Of a DNA stretch of 64,000 nt, positions 39,776-54,427 are shown piece by piece. The position numbers were made by a program, and so were the translations under genes. The first letter of the stretch is position 1. Every line of letters starts with the position of its first letter. The DNA is taken from positions 183,024,001 to 183,088,000 of the forward strand of contig OZ024742.1 in assembly GCA_964016885.1 (NCBI GenBank). Direction: 5' to 3'. The DNA is from Eledone cirrhosa. Its lineage: Eukaryota. The notes under the pieces were generated by a model. That model did not search any database. It saw nothing but the letters and a program-made list of their open reading frames with translations, and had not been told where the DNA came from.

Positions 39776-40589
39776 CAGTGCAATGTGTGTGTGTGTATTG
39801 TGCCAATATGTATAGATCTAAGAGTGTGGTTTTATATTTGAGTGTATAGGTATGTACTGTGTTCAATGTGTATATATCTAAAGGAGAGTCAGTGTGAATG
39901 TAATGTGTGTGACTGTGTACTATGTCAATGAGCATATATATACGGGTGTGTTTATGTGAGTGTAATGTATGTGTGTATATATCTAAATGTGCGTTTGTAT
40001 GTGCATATATATATATATATATATGTGTGTGTGTCTGGACGTATATACATCTACGTGTGTGTGTGTGTTCTATGACTATGCATATATCCAAAAATTATGT
40101 CTACCTGTGTGTCCATAGCAATTCTCTCTGTTCTTTATGATTATGCATCTTTCTCAATTTGTGTGAGTGTGTGTGTGTCTGTGTACCAGTGAGTGCGCAC
40201 ACATGTATTGGTGTAGTTGTCTATGTCTGTGTATGTATGGGTGTGTCTACATATCTGACTCTCTCTCTCTCTACCGGTGTGTATGTGAATGCATGTAGAC
40301 ATTGGTATGTATTTTCTTGTCTACGAATTCCTATGAGATTGAATTTTTTTTCTTTTTATGTATCTATCTATGTATCTATCTCTATCTACTTATCAATTTA
40401 TCTAGCTAGCTATCAACATATACATGTATGTGTGTGTGAGTAGGTGTATGTGTGGTTATGCATATATAAACGGCCTCGATATGTGTGAGTGTGTAGATAT
40501 GTATAGGCAGTGTCTATCTATCTATGTATCAGTGAGAGCCTATCTATCCATATATGAGAATGTATTTGTACGTGTCCGTCTCTCCATCG

Positions 40590-40782
40590 ATCTATCTATC
40601 TATCTATCTATCTATCTATATATCTATCTATCTATCTATCTATCTATCTGTCTGTCTATCTGTCAATCAATCTGCCTATCTAACTGTCTGTCTCTCTATC
40701 TATCTACCTATCTATCTGTCTGTCTTTCTATCTATCTACCTATCTACCTATCTATCTATATATCTATCTATCTATATCTATC
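40590..40782. repeat. Degenerate (TATC)n/(TGTC)n microsatellite
   Basis: Direct repeat. Confidence 0.9.
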
Positions 40783-40888
40783 CAAATATGTGTATGAGAG
40801 AGAGTGAGATGTGTATGCAGGCACAAACGTACTGTACATATAAATAAATAGACTTTCTATACTTGTATGTGTGTGTGTGGGGGTGTGT

Positions 40889-40964
<76 letters not shown>

Positions 40965-41164
40965 TGTGTGTGTGTGTGTGTGAAAGACGGTCTCAATCTA
41001 TCTATCCATCCACATATGCATCCGTGTGTGTAGCGCGTGAGTATGTATGAGTGTGTAAATGTAGAAGTGTACCATATGTGTGTGTACACTGAAACGTATA
41101 GTGAAAGTATATACGAACAAACACGCCGTGGATAAGTGTGTGCATGTGTGTGTATAAATACCTA

Positions 41165-41268
<104 letters not shown>

Positions 41269-41277
41269 ATATATGGC

Positions 41278-41308
<31 letters not shown>

Positions 41309-42104
41309 CGCCGTTTGTAAAGACACACAGACACACTAAACCGGGAATAATGGCATAAAATATGCGGGTTGGGGAGAGAGGAGGAAGATGAGTAGGAAGA
41401 AAGAGGAAAGAGAGGGTTAGGAATGAACAGCAGCAGAGAGGAATATAAAATGGATGACGATTAAAAGAGTACACGCATGCGCAGGAAGAGTTAGAAGAAT
41501 GGAAAGAAAGAGTAAGATATATAAATGTATAGAGAATGAAGGGAAGAATAATAGTGAGATATGTTGCAGTAAAAGAGTTAAAGGGTGTTGAAAAAATGAA
41601 TAAAACGAGATAGAGACTAGATATAGAATGAATAACCACAAAATAAACAAGTGTATATGTCTACGTATGTATGAATGTTTGTATACGTATCTATACACAC
41701 ACACGTATACGTATCTATACACACGTATACGTATCTATACACACACACACGAACACATTTACACATACATGCATGTATACATATACGTTTAAATTCATAC
41801 ATATACACATAGAAAGAGTGAGAGTGATATATATATAGAGAGATACACACATACACACATATATACATACGTACATAAACATACATAGACAAGCACACAT
41901 GCATATATCTATATAGATACATAAATATAAATATATACACACATACATACGCACACACATATATATAAATATATACATATACACACATATATATATACAA
42001 ACGTGCATACATATATGTATATATACATACCCATATATAATATATATATATATATACAAACTGACCTAAATGCAGACATATATATAAACACCTAAATACA
42101 CACA

Positions 42105-42198
<94 letters not shown>

Positions 42199-42212
42199 AG
42201 TATATATATATA

Positions 42213-42251
<39 letters not shown>

Positions 42252-42636
42252 TGCCCCCTCGTTATCGAGTATGGCCATTGCACGATATACCATTATTAGT
42301 AGCTATAACCCGAAAAGAAGAAAATATCAACATCATCGGTTACTACTGAGCCGCGGGTTTTATATCGGAGTTATCCCAGTTTCGTGAGTTGCCTTTTCCT
42401 AGAAGAATGCCCTGACAAAGGCTAGGGGTCCTTCACTCCCAGTGGTTTAACCGCGCGACCGGGTGTCCAGCCCGACTATTTCTATGTCCTTGCGCATATA
42501 CATATACATGCACCCATGTATATACACATATATATATATACATACATACATATGTACATGTGCATATACATATTTACACACTTTTGGTTCACTCTTGGGT
42601 GCTACTGGTAACATGCAACCCAGTACAACATGTTGC

Positions 42637-42778
42637 ATGGTCGGGTCGTCGGCGACTAAACAGGCAACCCCACCAAGTTTACTTGGTGAGGAGGGTGAAT
42701 TTGGACACCCTGCAGGACAAAAAAACAGAACCTGACAAAGGGAGGAAGAACACATAAGAGTCAACGGACATCCAAAAA
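42637..42778 (+). mobile_element. RTE 5'-UTR-like repeat fragment
   Basis: High identity with 61157-61295. Confidence 0.55.
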
Positions 42779-42851
42779 GTGTGTGTGTATATATATATAT
42801 ATATATACAATGATATTAAATAAATGGAAACTATATTTATAAAACCATATT

Positions 42852-42912
42852 TATTCTATTATATATATTTCAAGGTACCAAACATTTTGGTACGCTATCA
42901 TCAGATAAAATA
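42852..42912 (-). ncRNA. Type I HHR (family 3)
   Basis: Minus: TATTTTAT CTGATGA tagcGTACCAAA atg TTTGGTACctt GAAA TATATA TA ATAGAATA. Confidence 0.72.
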
Positions 42913-43029
42913 CAAAGTTGGATTTCCAACAAATTAAATATCTCTTCTACATATATATATATATGTATGTGTGTGTGTGTCTATGTACGTACATACACTT
43001 ATACATACTTGCATATATATATATATATA

Positions 43030-43248
43030 GGAACGATCGACTTTCGTCAAATCGGACCGAGGGAACAATGTTTCCGTTGGTCTTTCCAATTGCTAATACT
43101 ATCTATCGGTCGCAACTCCAGGTAGAAGGAGCAACGTGAAATAAAGTGTCTTGCTCAAGGACATAACGCATCGCCTGGTCCAGGAATCGAACTCACAACC
43201 TTACGATTGCGAATCCAATTCTCTAACCACTCAGCCACACGCCTTCAC

Positions 43249-43250
<2 letters not shown>
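43030..43250 (-). mobile_element. SINE type B, near full length
   Basis: Minus: GTGGCTGAGTGGTTAGAG A-box and GTTCGATTCC B-box; near-identical to 62050-62270. Confidence 0.85.
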
Positions 43251-43287
<37 letters not shown>

Positions 43288-43468
43288 TATACATGCACGC
43301 ATACATATACACACATACATATACATATAAACATATATACATACATGCATACATATCCACATATATATATATAAATATATACATACATGCATACATATAC
43401 ACATATATATATATACATATATACATATATAAATAAGTGCATACATATACATATATACATACTTGCAT

Positions 43469-43562
<94 letters not shown>

Positions 43563-43656
43563 ATGTATGCAAGTATGTATATATGTATATGTATGCACTT
43601 ATTTATATATGTATATATGTATATATATATATGTGTATATGTATGCATGTATGTAT

Positions 43657-43829
43657 GAAGGAAGTGTGGTAAGGAACCAGGTGGACCATAACGCACCAGA
43701 GTACTCGATACTTTGGGTAGTAGAGTGGGTAATAGGAAAAGGTTCAGGACCCCGACGGTAAATAGCCGTCCTGAAATAGCCGTCGAAACGGCTTGATCTC
43801 TGCCGTCCCGTCGAGGTCCTGAACCTTTT

Positions 43830-43832
<3 letters not shown>
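43657..43832 (-). mobile_element. Family-1 fold-back element
   Basis: Homologous to 226-415. Confidence 0.85.
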
Positions 43833-43878
<46 letters not shown>

Positions 43879-43890
43879 GTGCATACATTT

Positions 43891-43955
<65 letters not shown>

Positions 43956-44319
43956 CATTTAATGTAAAAACGTATTTGATAATTACTTTAATGAATAATT
44001 TACTTCATGCATAATTATTATTTTTAACACAATAGGATTTTGTACATATGCTTGTTTGAAAAATCTTTCAATGAAGTATGAAACATAGCCTTTTGTACTG
44101 TTTATTATAATAAATTATTGTATTCTGAGCTGTTTTAACTTCTCCATCTACCTACTTCCAATTTTTTTTTATATTGTTTTTGTAAAAAACGATATTTTTT
44201 TCATAAAAATACATACATATATATATATACACCTATATAGATTGATAAATATATACATACATTACATACACATACGTGTATTTATGCAAACAAAAATATT
44301 AGATTGTCTGAACCTGTAA

Positions 44320-44417
<98 letters not shown>

Positions 44418-44449
44418 TTACAGGTTGACAAAATCTGATATTTTTGTTT

Positions 44450-45855
44450 GCATAAATGCCAGGTAAAAGTACTATAGATGCCCTCTTCCCTGTAAAACAA
44501 TTACAGGAGGAGTACCTAACTAAAGGCAAACCCATCTACTTGGCTTTTGTGGACCTAGAGAAAGGTTTTGACAGTCATCCGTTCCATTATCTGGTGGGCT
44601 TAGAAAATTAAAAGTAGACGAGTGGTTGGTGAGGGCAATACAAGCCATGTATATAGGGACAGTCAGCAAAGTCAAAATTAAGAATGACTATAGCTAGGAA
44701 TTCACCGTGAAGGTTGGTGTCTATCAGGGTTCAGTTCTAAGCCCTCTCCTGTTTATTATCGTCTTGCAGGCAATGACAGGATAGTTTAAGACTGACTGCC
44801 CAAGGGAACTTCTTATGCAGATGACCTAACCCTTATAGCTGAATCTATAGCTGAATTAGAAATGAAATTCCAAGCATGGCCTATAATCAAAAGGTCTTAA
44901 AGACAACTTGGTAAAGACTAAAGTTCTAGTATGTAGAAAGGAAAGCAGGCCCAGATCTTCTCAGGGGAATGGGCCTGCTCAGTGTGCAGAAAAGGACTAG
45001 GTAGAAATTCCATCCTATGTTCTAAATGCAAACTATGGGTATACAAGAGATGTAGTGGGATCTCATAGAATGTAACATAGAATGTAGTAGGTTTTACATG
45101 TGGTCAGTGCACAGGAGCAGTAAGTAGCAAGAGTTATTATGGCTCTGTAGAAGTGGTAGATAGGTTCTGTTACCTGGTTGACCAAATCAGTAGTGGAGGA
45201 AGATGTTCCAAAAGCAAAACAGCCAGAGTGAGATCAGGCTGGAGAAAGTTCATGGAGTTACTACCACTACTAACTACAAAAAGTGTTTTCCTTAAAATGA
45301 ATGGCAGACTATGATGCGTGTATACGAACAACAATGTTGCACAGCAGCGGGACTTGGGCACTGTGTGCAGAGGACCTGCGAAGATTGGAAAGAAATGAAG
45401 CCTCCATGCTTCGATGGATATACAATAGTAATATATTCGAACGGCAAAGCATAATCGAACTGCGAGAGAAATAAGGCATAAGAGGGATCAGATGCAGTCC
45501 CCAACCTACACAATAAAGTGGTCATCCTGGAGCCACGACAAAAAGTGCCCATTGCACACTGTAAATTGGTCGTGTAGATGTCACGATAAAAAGCGCCCAG
45601 CCCACACTGTGTCGTGATGGTGACAAGATGAAATGTGCCCAGTCCACACTGTAAAGTGGTCGTGTAGGTGTCACGAGAAAAAGCACCCAGCTCACACTGT
45701 AAATGTGGTTGGCGTTAGGAAGGGCATCCATCCGTAGAGACCAAGTACAAATCAGCTCTGAGTGAGCAGAACACAGTCCCCTGACCCGGATCTCTCGCAA
45801 CGGAACAGCCCATCCTACCCATGCTAGTGTGAAAAATGGGCTTTAAACGATATCT

Positions 45856-45860
<5 letters not shown>
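44450..45860 (+). mobile_element. Decayed RTE-clade LINE (RT plus Cys-rich insert) with internal tandem repeat 45530-45705
   Basis: LAFVDLEKGFD, GVYQGSVLSPLLF, YADDL, FCYL; many stops. Confidence 0.85.
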
Positions 45861-45917
<57 letters not shown>

Positions 45918-46541
45918 TATATATATATGAAAATGAACCGGTTTGTTTTCATGAGCACAGTTTGAAGAAATTGATCCCCGGGGCTAACGAAACGTGCGTA
46001 CTTGGTATGGCACCGTTGTAGTAACTGGCCTTAATTATATTTACCATTTTCCAAGAAAAATAGATTTCACCTTCGATGAGGTATTCATATCCACACCACA
46101 TTGTGTTTTAATAACGTTATATATCCTACCTTAATTAGGTATAGTATTGTGTTTATATATGCATGTATTCATGTGTGTATATAAGAATGTATGTATCCAT
46201 CTATGGGCCCCTAACTCCTCATGAAGTGGTAGGTCTGCCGTCATTACATACGATCTGTCTTGGACATTTAAACCACCAGTTTTAAACATCTGGTTCCTTC
46301 AAAGAGAGAGAGCAAAGGAAGGTGAGAAAGGAATGTAGAGGACACACTAATCCAGTATTGAACAGGTACTTTAATACCTTAAAGACTGAAAAGCAAATTT
46401 GATAGCGGCGAATATTAACTCAGTGCGCAGAGTGCCGGGGCGAATACAGCGAGACATTCTATCCGATGTCATATATATATATATATATATATATATGATA
46501 AAGAACACAAGAGCGTCTACAACATCAAAAGATTTTTATTG

Positions 46542-46586
46542 GCTTACAATGTTTCTTCCTTACGTAATCGTAGGATTCGTCAGAGC
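46542..46586 (-). ncRNA. Minimal type I HHR
   Basis: Minus: GCT CTGACGA aTCCTACG atta CGTaAGGAa GAAA C att G TA AGC. Confidence 0.75.
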
Positions 46587-46646
46587 TATAAAAGGGGTTT
46601 GATTGGTGTTATGGACTCTACCAACCAAACATTCAAAAACAAAGAG

Positions 46647-46680
<34 letters not shown>

Positions 46681-46686
<6 letters not shown>

Positions 46687-47008
46687 ATATTGGCGGAGGG
46701 TCATATTGTTATAATATTGACAATATTATAACATGATGTCACAGGTGTATGATGAAATAACTTTGATAGACTATATATATATATAGATATTTATATCTAT
46801 ATTTTTAACCGTTGGTCAAACAATGATAAACATTGACTGCCAAGGGATATAAAATATACAGAAGCGAAAACCAATCCCAACCAAACAGTGAGAGTATTAT
46901 ATTATTGTTTCTGCCAATATTATAACTATATGACTCTCCCCACATATAACCATATTTGTTTCAACACACGATTTCATATCAAAAACCTTGCAAAACAAAT
47001 TCATCGCC
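46681..47008. mobile_element. Diverged fold-back relative of the Neptune-like termini
   Basis: 46681-46730 inverted against 46905-46952; TTTCAACACACGATTTC matches 52964-52985. Confidence 0.65.
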
Positions 47009-47056
47009 GTATATATATATAATATATATATATACGCGATGAATTTATATATGTAT

Positions 47057-47158
<102 letters not shown>

Positions 47159-47486
47159 GGATGGGTAAAATTCCAGAGATTGTCCTGGCTATGACATTAA
47201 ACTGTATCCAGTAGTAAGGCTCCAGTTCGGAAGTTCAGGAGTTGTGGGGAATGTAGAGTTATCCCTTAGTTGTTATTACTACCAGGTCTGTTCTGGCCCA
47301 GAATAATAGTACCTGTTAGGACCCCATTTATGCGTTAAATAATTACCTTGTCCTGGGTATGAAATTAAACTGCATCCAGTGGCAAGGCTCCAGTTCGGAA
47401 GTTCAGGAGCTGTTGGGAACGATTGGCGCCGGTAAGGTATTATCAGCCATTGAAAAGAACCATATATATATGTATTCATTACAAAG

Positions 47487-47571
47487 GGTCTGACGAGCCG
47501 CGGATTACAGAGTCGGGTCAGATCGATACAGATCGAACCTTAAGCTGATCAGTGGCGAAACGTGAGTCACC
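47487..47571 (+). ncRNA. Type I HHR with large stem-II insert, intact core
   Basis: GGT CTGACGA GCCGC..GTGGC GAAA C gtga G TC ACC. Confidence 0.75.
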
Positions 47572-47620
47572 AACTAATAAACGTAATGAAGGAGTAACCA
47601 ATCGTCCTTGTTATCTTATG

Positions 47621-47651
<31 letters not shown>

Positions 47652-49343
47652 TTGAATTAGAAATGACAAAGGCGCTCTGTGGTTACTAATCTAAACTATA
47701 ATAAATTAAGGAGTGCGGGACTGCGTCCAGAATATTTTTTTTTTTCCCGTTTGTAAAATAAGTTGGATTACTTTGAATAAATAATAAATGAATATTACAC
47801 AATGTATCTACTAAATTTCGTTATTATTGATTAAATATAAATAATTTTGTTGCTTATTTTAAGATTCACTTCTTTAAAATGTTCAAATGTCAACACTTCC
47901 GGTTAGCGATCGCTTAAATAAACATTCATATATTTCCGTCACTAATTTTCTCCTAATGCAGTTTATATATAATATCGTCTTTTTTTAATGTATCATGGAT
48001 TACGTTACTGATTACATAAGACAGTGTAATGCAGTCTTCGTTCAATTTCTGTGTATATTGTCAATTACGGTTTTATTTGATGTATCATATCTACATGTAT
48101 ATATACTTGCGTATAATATCAATATGCACACTACACATACTAGCAGAAACCATCCGAAGGGTGGTTTTTCTGCTAGTAAATATTAATAAACATAAGAGAA
48201 ACACAAACATAAACACAGGGACAAAACACAAACATAAACAAAACAAAAAAACGATAGCGAAGAGAACAACAAAAAAAAGAAAACAAACAAAAGAAAAACA
48301 TACCGATAGAGAGGGGAAAACACGAGACAGTAGTACATGTAAGTTGCAGTAACCAGTGGGAGAGAGGGAGAAGTTAATAAGGAGACCGAACGTAAGTCCT
48401 GAATCCGTAATAACAACACGAGGGGGAGCGAGGAGAAAAACATTTGATCATAGTGAGAACAGGCGCAAAGAGGAAGCGACGAGGGAAGACGGAAGTGAGA
48501 GGGGCAGAGAGGGAAGTGGTAAGGGAACAGAGAGAGGGGGAGAGAAGGGAGATAGATGGTAAGAGAGAAAGAGAATAAGTGAGTGGGAGAGAGAGGGGGA
48601 GAGAAAGAAAGAAAGAGGGAGAGAAAGGAAGAAGGAAAAGAGTTAATCCAAAATGGCAGAACATAAGTTCAAAACCCGAATTAACAACAAGCGAGTTGGG
48701 AAGGATGAGAGGAGAGAACAGAGGTCACAGCAATAAATTAATATGAATTAAAAGTGACAAAGGCGCTGTGTGGTTATGATGTTTTGGAGCCTCATGATGC
48801 CATATACAGTTGTTAGAGCATTGATTTTTCTCAGGGTCAGATTCAATTCAACGGTCTAACACTTCATGTTACTTTCAAATGGCTATTTGGTAATGTAAAA
48901 CTAGTTTCCTGACAGGATTTGGCGCCTGCACAAAGTGTGGAAACAACAACTGTCTGTATGGATGACCATTATATTAACATGCTTCCTTGGCCTGATAACT
49001 TACTTGACCTGAGCAACATAGGGAATCTAAGGTGTAGTTAACCTTTTTGATACAAACACGTCTGAAATTGTTCCTGGTTCTATGATACAAAGCTGTACAT
49101 TTTAAATGCATACATAATCATCTAATATCTAAAATCCTTTCATACATAACTTTTAAAAGAAAGCTGATTTCTCTCTGGAAATTTGTCACATAACAGATTT
49201 TTTAAAAAGTTTTCCCGTTTGAACGGCAGGTGTTTAACGGGGAGAGGGTATAAAATGATACTTCCTTGGTTTTTCTTGTTACAAAATTTGATTATACAGC
49301 CTTTGTAAGCAAAACAATATTGCCAAACATCATTATTAACCTA

Positions 49344-49490
49344 ATCGGTAGAGGGTCGGACGCCATGCTTTCCAGCATAGTTACGTCCCTTTACGATCTG
49401 AGTTCAAATCCTGCCGAGGTTGACTTTGCATTTCATCCTTACGGGGTCTATAAAATAAAGTACCAGTAATGCACTGAGTAATTGCTGCCC
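49344..49490 (+). mobile_element. SINE type A
   Basis: B-box and core motif. Confidence 0.85.
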
Positions 49491-49674
49491 ATAAGTCACC
49501 CAGTTTTTATAGGGCTAAATAAATACTAATTGTGTGCATACTTTTCAATTCTTAAATATTATGCAACATTGGAAAGAGATAGTTTTCATATTTTTGAGAG
49601 GAAAATTATTTTGAGATGATGGGTATCTAATGATCCGCGACTGGAAATCATAAATATCAGATTACATCAACAAA

Positions 49675-49857
49675 ATAATTGTTTCTACTTTTTGGCACAA
49701 GGCCAGCAATTATCCCAGTACATTACTGGTACTTTATTTTATCGACCCCGTAAGGATGAAAGGCTAAGTTAACCTCGGCGGGAATTGAACTCAGATCGTA
49801 AAGGGACGTAACTATGCTGGAAAGCATAATCCGACCCTCTACCGATACTGCCAATTC
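49675..49857 (-). mobile_element. SINE type A, inverted relative to 49344
   Basis: Reverse complement of the same element. Confidence 0.85.
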
Positions 49858-49945
49858 ACAACAAAATAATAGGAATAGATCAGTTTATATTTAAAGAGCT
49901 GACTTAATTAGCAAAACAATATCCTAATTTTTGGAGAAACAACGT

Positions 49946-50212
<267 letters not shown>

Positions 50213-50346
50213 ATACTTTGGGAGGGTCATGTTGCCAATAAGAAACACACGCACCATTTGCTTTCACTTCAATTTATTATAATAAATTTATAAATTTCCG
50301 GTTGGTTGGTTGGTTGGTTCCACAACCAGATGGTTGTTTATATATT

Positions 50347-50389
50347 GTCAAAGTTCTTTCGTCACACATTATGTGACCTCTTCAGTGAC
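50347..50389 (-). ncRNA. Type I HHR in inverted pLTR
   Basis: Minus: GTCA CTGAAGA g GTCACA taatg TGTGAC GAAA GAAC TT TGAC. Confidence 0.7.
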
Positions 50390-51261
50390 TGGGGGTTCTT
50401 TGCTTTGTTTTTGTGCCTCTCCTTTGTTCTGTCCTACGCCATCTTGTTTTTTGTCTGTGTGTTGTGTGCTTAGTTTCCGCATATGTTACATCCGGGTGTC
50501 TGTGTGTATTTATATTCGTTTATTTATTTGTTTATTTACATGTTACTGGTTGGTTGTTTGTTCTATGTGCGTGTGTGTTTTCATTTTGTCCTTAATTGTA
50601 AGTTGTGATGTTACTATTCCACTCATGTTTTCTATTTAATTTTGGTTGTAATTCATTTATGTTTATTGCTTCTATGATTTGTCTAAACATTGCGTCTTTT
50701 CTGTGTGTAGATTCTATTTTTATTTCTATGTTCTCTAATTTACCCTTATGTTCTATTTTAGCATGTTGGTAGAGTACAGATGATTCTTTACTATCTTGAA
50801 GGTCTCGCCAGTGTTCATTTATCCGTTCCCCTATACTACGAGCTGTCTCACCTATGATCACTATATTTTAATCTCTACATTGTCCTTCAGTACATCTTAT
50901 GTTATATACTACATTTCTAGTTTTACAGTTAATATGGGGCTTAATTTACAGATTATACATTTCTTATTTATACACGGAGGTCTTTTAAAAGGGTATGTCT
51001 TGCTAATAATGTGGGATTGATGCCAGTGAGCTGGGACTCCTACTTAAACTTACCTATAGTAATAATTATCTAGACACATATGACCTTAGCAACATGTGCC
51101 TACAAGACCAGCAAGAGGCAGACCACCTACCATTACCTCAATGGCCAAGAAAACCCACACAGATAGATGGAACGGGTGGACCAGAGCCATACGGACCCCC
51201 GAAAACCACGACGAACTAAAGAAAATGATTGCACATGCGGTGGGGCCAGCATAAAAATAAC

Positions 51262-52560
51262 CCTTAAGGAACATATGTTCAAATTTAATGGAAAAACATA
51301 TGCCCAAGAGGAGGGGGCAGCCATTGGTGTTAGCATTGCAGGCGACATAGCTAACTTATTCATGGTATGGTGGGACAGTAGACTTAAACTTAAACTTAAA
51401 GAACAATTAGAAGACCCCGTAACCCTGATAATGTACTCCCGCTACGTTGATGATATAAACATCGTAGTTAAAACACCCCACTAGAGAACAGTCAGGAATT
51501 AGAGAAAAACACAATGGAAAGCATCCAGCAAATAGCTAACTCCATCCACCAGAGTATTAGAGTTACTATAGACTACCCAAGCAAACACCCCAACCATCGA
51601 TTACCTGTACTAGACACAGAGCTCTGGTTAGATACCATTAATAACAAAAAACAAATCCTCCATTCCCATTATGCCAAACCCATGACTTCCAAATATCTGA
51701 TCCACCGAAACTCAGCTGTTTCGGACCATACCAAAATCAACATACGGATTTGGTACGAGTGATGAGAAACGTGTCCCGCATGTGCAACCCCGAAGAGCTA
51801 GAGAGACACATACAACACTTCATCCACCGTATGCAGTTCTCTGGTTACAATCAGAGAGATAAAATCAGAGTGTATAGAGGAGCCAGAACCAAATGGGAAA
51901 AAAATGGTAAATAATGACACAAATGGGACCTGCCCCTTGTATAGGAGCAAATTTTGGAATAGAATAGAAAGAACTAGGAATAAGGCTAATAGAATAAACA
52001 CATGGTATGATAGCAATAAATACCAGAGTGTAATGTTCATCGATACAACCCCTAGAGGTGAATTAGCTTACAAATTTAGAAGGGCCCTAGATAGACTCAA
52101 TATTAAGATAGTAGAAAGACCAGGTACCTCCATAAAAACACTTATTAGCAAGACATACCCTTTTCAAAGACCTCCCTGTATAGATAAGAAATGTATAATC
52201 TGTAAATTAAGCCCCCATATTAACTGTAAAACTAGAAATGTAGTATATAGCATAAGATGTACTGAAGGACAATGTAGAGATAAAAATATAGTGTACATAG
52301 GTGAGACAGCTCGTAGTATAGGGGAACGGATAAATGAACACTGGCGAGACCTTCAAGATAGTAAAGAATCATCTGTACTCTACCAACATGCTAAAATAGA
52401 ACATAAGGGTAAATTAGAGAACATAGAAATAAAATTATAATCTACACACAGAAAAGACGCAATGCTTAGACAAATCACAAAGGCAATAAACATAAATGAA
52501 TTACAACCAAAATTAAATAGAAAATATGAGTGGAACAGCAACATCACAACTTACAATTAA
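51262..52560 (+). pseudogene. PLE RT - Cys-rich linker - GIY-YIG ORF, disrupted
   Basis: QEEGAAIG, YSRYVDD, LPVLD, CIDKKCIIC, VVYSIRC, VYIGETARSIGERINEH. Confidence 0.9.
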
Positions 52561-52763
52561 GGACAAAATGAAAACACACACGCACATAGAACAAACAACC
52601 AACCAGTAACATGTAAATAAACAAATAAATAAACGAATACAAAAACACACACAGACACCCGGATGTAACACATGTGCAAACTAAGCACACAACACACAGA
52701 CAAAAACAAGATGGCGTAGGACAGAACAAAGGAGAGGCACAAAAACAAAGCAAAGAACCCCCA

Positions 52764-52806
52764 GTCACTGAAGAGGTCACATAATGGGTGACGAAAGAAC
52801 TTTGAC
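52764..52806 (+). ncRNA. Type I HHR in 3' pLTR
   Basis: GTCA CTGAAGA g GTCAC ataatgg GTGAC GAAA GAAC TT TGAC. Confidence 0.7.
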
Positions 52807-53014
52807 AATATACAAACAACCATCTGGTTGTGGAACCAACCAGCCAACCGGAAATTTATAAATTCCTAAATTTATAAATTTATTATAATAAATTGAAGTG
52901 AAAACAAATGGTGCGTGTGTTTCTTATTGGCAACATGACCCTCCCAAAGTATAACAATATCGGTTTCAACACACGTTTTCAGATAAAGAATCTTGCTAAA
53001 CAAATTCAGAAACG

Positions 53015-53088
<74 letters not shown>

Positions 53089-53109
53089 GTATATATATAT
53101 ATATATTAT

Positions 53110-53430
53110 AGGTAGTTGAACTCCGTCGGTTCCGGCGGCGAATGTTCTAGTTGATTCGCTCAATGAAGCTAATAGTCTGCTCATGTAATCAGACTGCCAG
53201 TATGTGAGCATTCCACGGAAACATGTGTCCTTAACGTACCTCACAGGGAGATCCAATGTGGCACTGTGTTACAAGGGTTGTCTTTTAAAATACAGGTAAA
53301 ATTTATTTTCTCCAGCAACAAGAAAGGAAGTGCTTTAGTTAAGGATAGAACACGACGTTCGACCCTGGAATCGATCTAACAACTATAATATCGTGAGCCC
53401 AATACCTTACTTAATCACGCACCTTCATTT
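53110..53430 (-). mobile_element. SINE type B, degenerate
   Basis: GGAATCGA B-box reverse complement; similar to 38800-39090. Confidence 0.6.
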
Positions 53431-53509
53431 ATGCATACATAAATATATCCATTATATGCACATATATATATATATATATAAATCAGAATGGAAGCCGTAA
53501 AAAGCGGTG

Positions 53510-53602
53510 GCACCATTACTCACCAAAGTACTCGATACTTACGATAGTAGACTGGGTTATATGAAAAATTCTGGACCCCGACGGCTGAGCTGCTGCCGTT
53601 TA
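53510..53602 (-). mobile_element. Family-1 variant fragment
   Basis: CACCAAAGTACTCGATACTTA..GACCCCGACGGCTGAGCT. Confidence 0.65.
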
Positions 53603-53612
53603 TATATATATA

Positions 53613-53645
<33 letters not shown>

Positions 53646-53733
53646 GTCCCAATATATATATATATATGTATAAGTACTATATGTCCCAATATGTATATAT
53701 ATATATATATGTATATATATATGTCCCAATATG

Positions 53734-53855
<122 letters not shown>

Positions 53856-53905
53856 AAGGCTCTGATACTATCAACACCATATATGTATGTACGTATACAT
53901 GCTTT

Positions 53906-53936
<31 letters not shown>

Positions 53937-54027
53937 ATGTATGTATGTATGTATGTATTTAAACACACCCACGAACAACGACTGAGGACACGATATTTCA
54001 CAGATATTAGAGAAACACAGTGGACAG

Positions 54028-54150
54028 CATTCTGAGTTCAAATCCCGCCAAGGTTAACTTTGCCTTACATCCTTTCGGGGTCGATAAAATAAAGTACCAG
54101 TAGTGTACTGAGTATTTGCTGTCCTTGTGCCAAAAGTAGAACTATTATTT
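54028..54150 (+). mobile_element. SINE type A
   Basis: B-box, core and tail. Confidence 0.85.
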
Positions 54151-54164
54151 GAACCGCTCTCTCG

Positions 54165-54221
<57 letters not shown>

Positions 54222-54224
<3 letters not shown>

Positions 54225-54427
54225 CGAAGGAAATGTGGTAAGGAACCAGGTGGACCATAACGCCCAAAGTACTCAATACTTAAGGTAGTAGAGTGGGTAA
54301 TAGGAACGAGTAGGACCCCGACGGCTGAGCTCAAGCCGTTTCGACGGCTAATTCTGGACGGCAAATTCCGTCCAGAATTAGCCGTCGAAACGTCTTGAGC
54401 TCAGCCGTCGGGGTCCTACTCGTTCCT
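54222..54427 (-). mobile_element. Family-1 fold-back element
   Basis: Near-perfect hairpin 54299-54428. Confidence 0.88.

Noticed and set aside
42385-42445. HDV-like ribozyme candidate (CTT TTCCTAG AAG..GGCTA)
   Set aside because: Could not assign P1 and P2 pairings
43035-43095. HHR-like words in the SINE B tail on minus
   Set aside because: Stems I and II do not form consistently in the two copies
43170-43250. tRNA gene
   Set aside because: A and B boxes belong to a repeated SINE head; no full cloverleaf
45955-46005. TTGAAGA..GAAACGTGCGTA motif
   Set aside because: Stems I and II poorly paired; at best a decayed HHR
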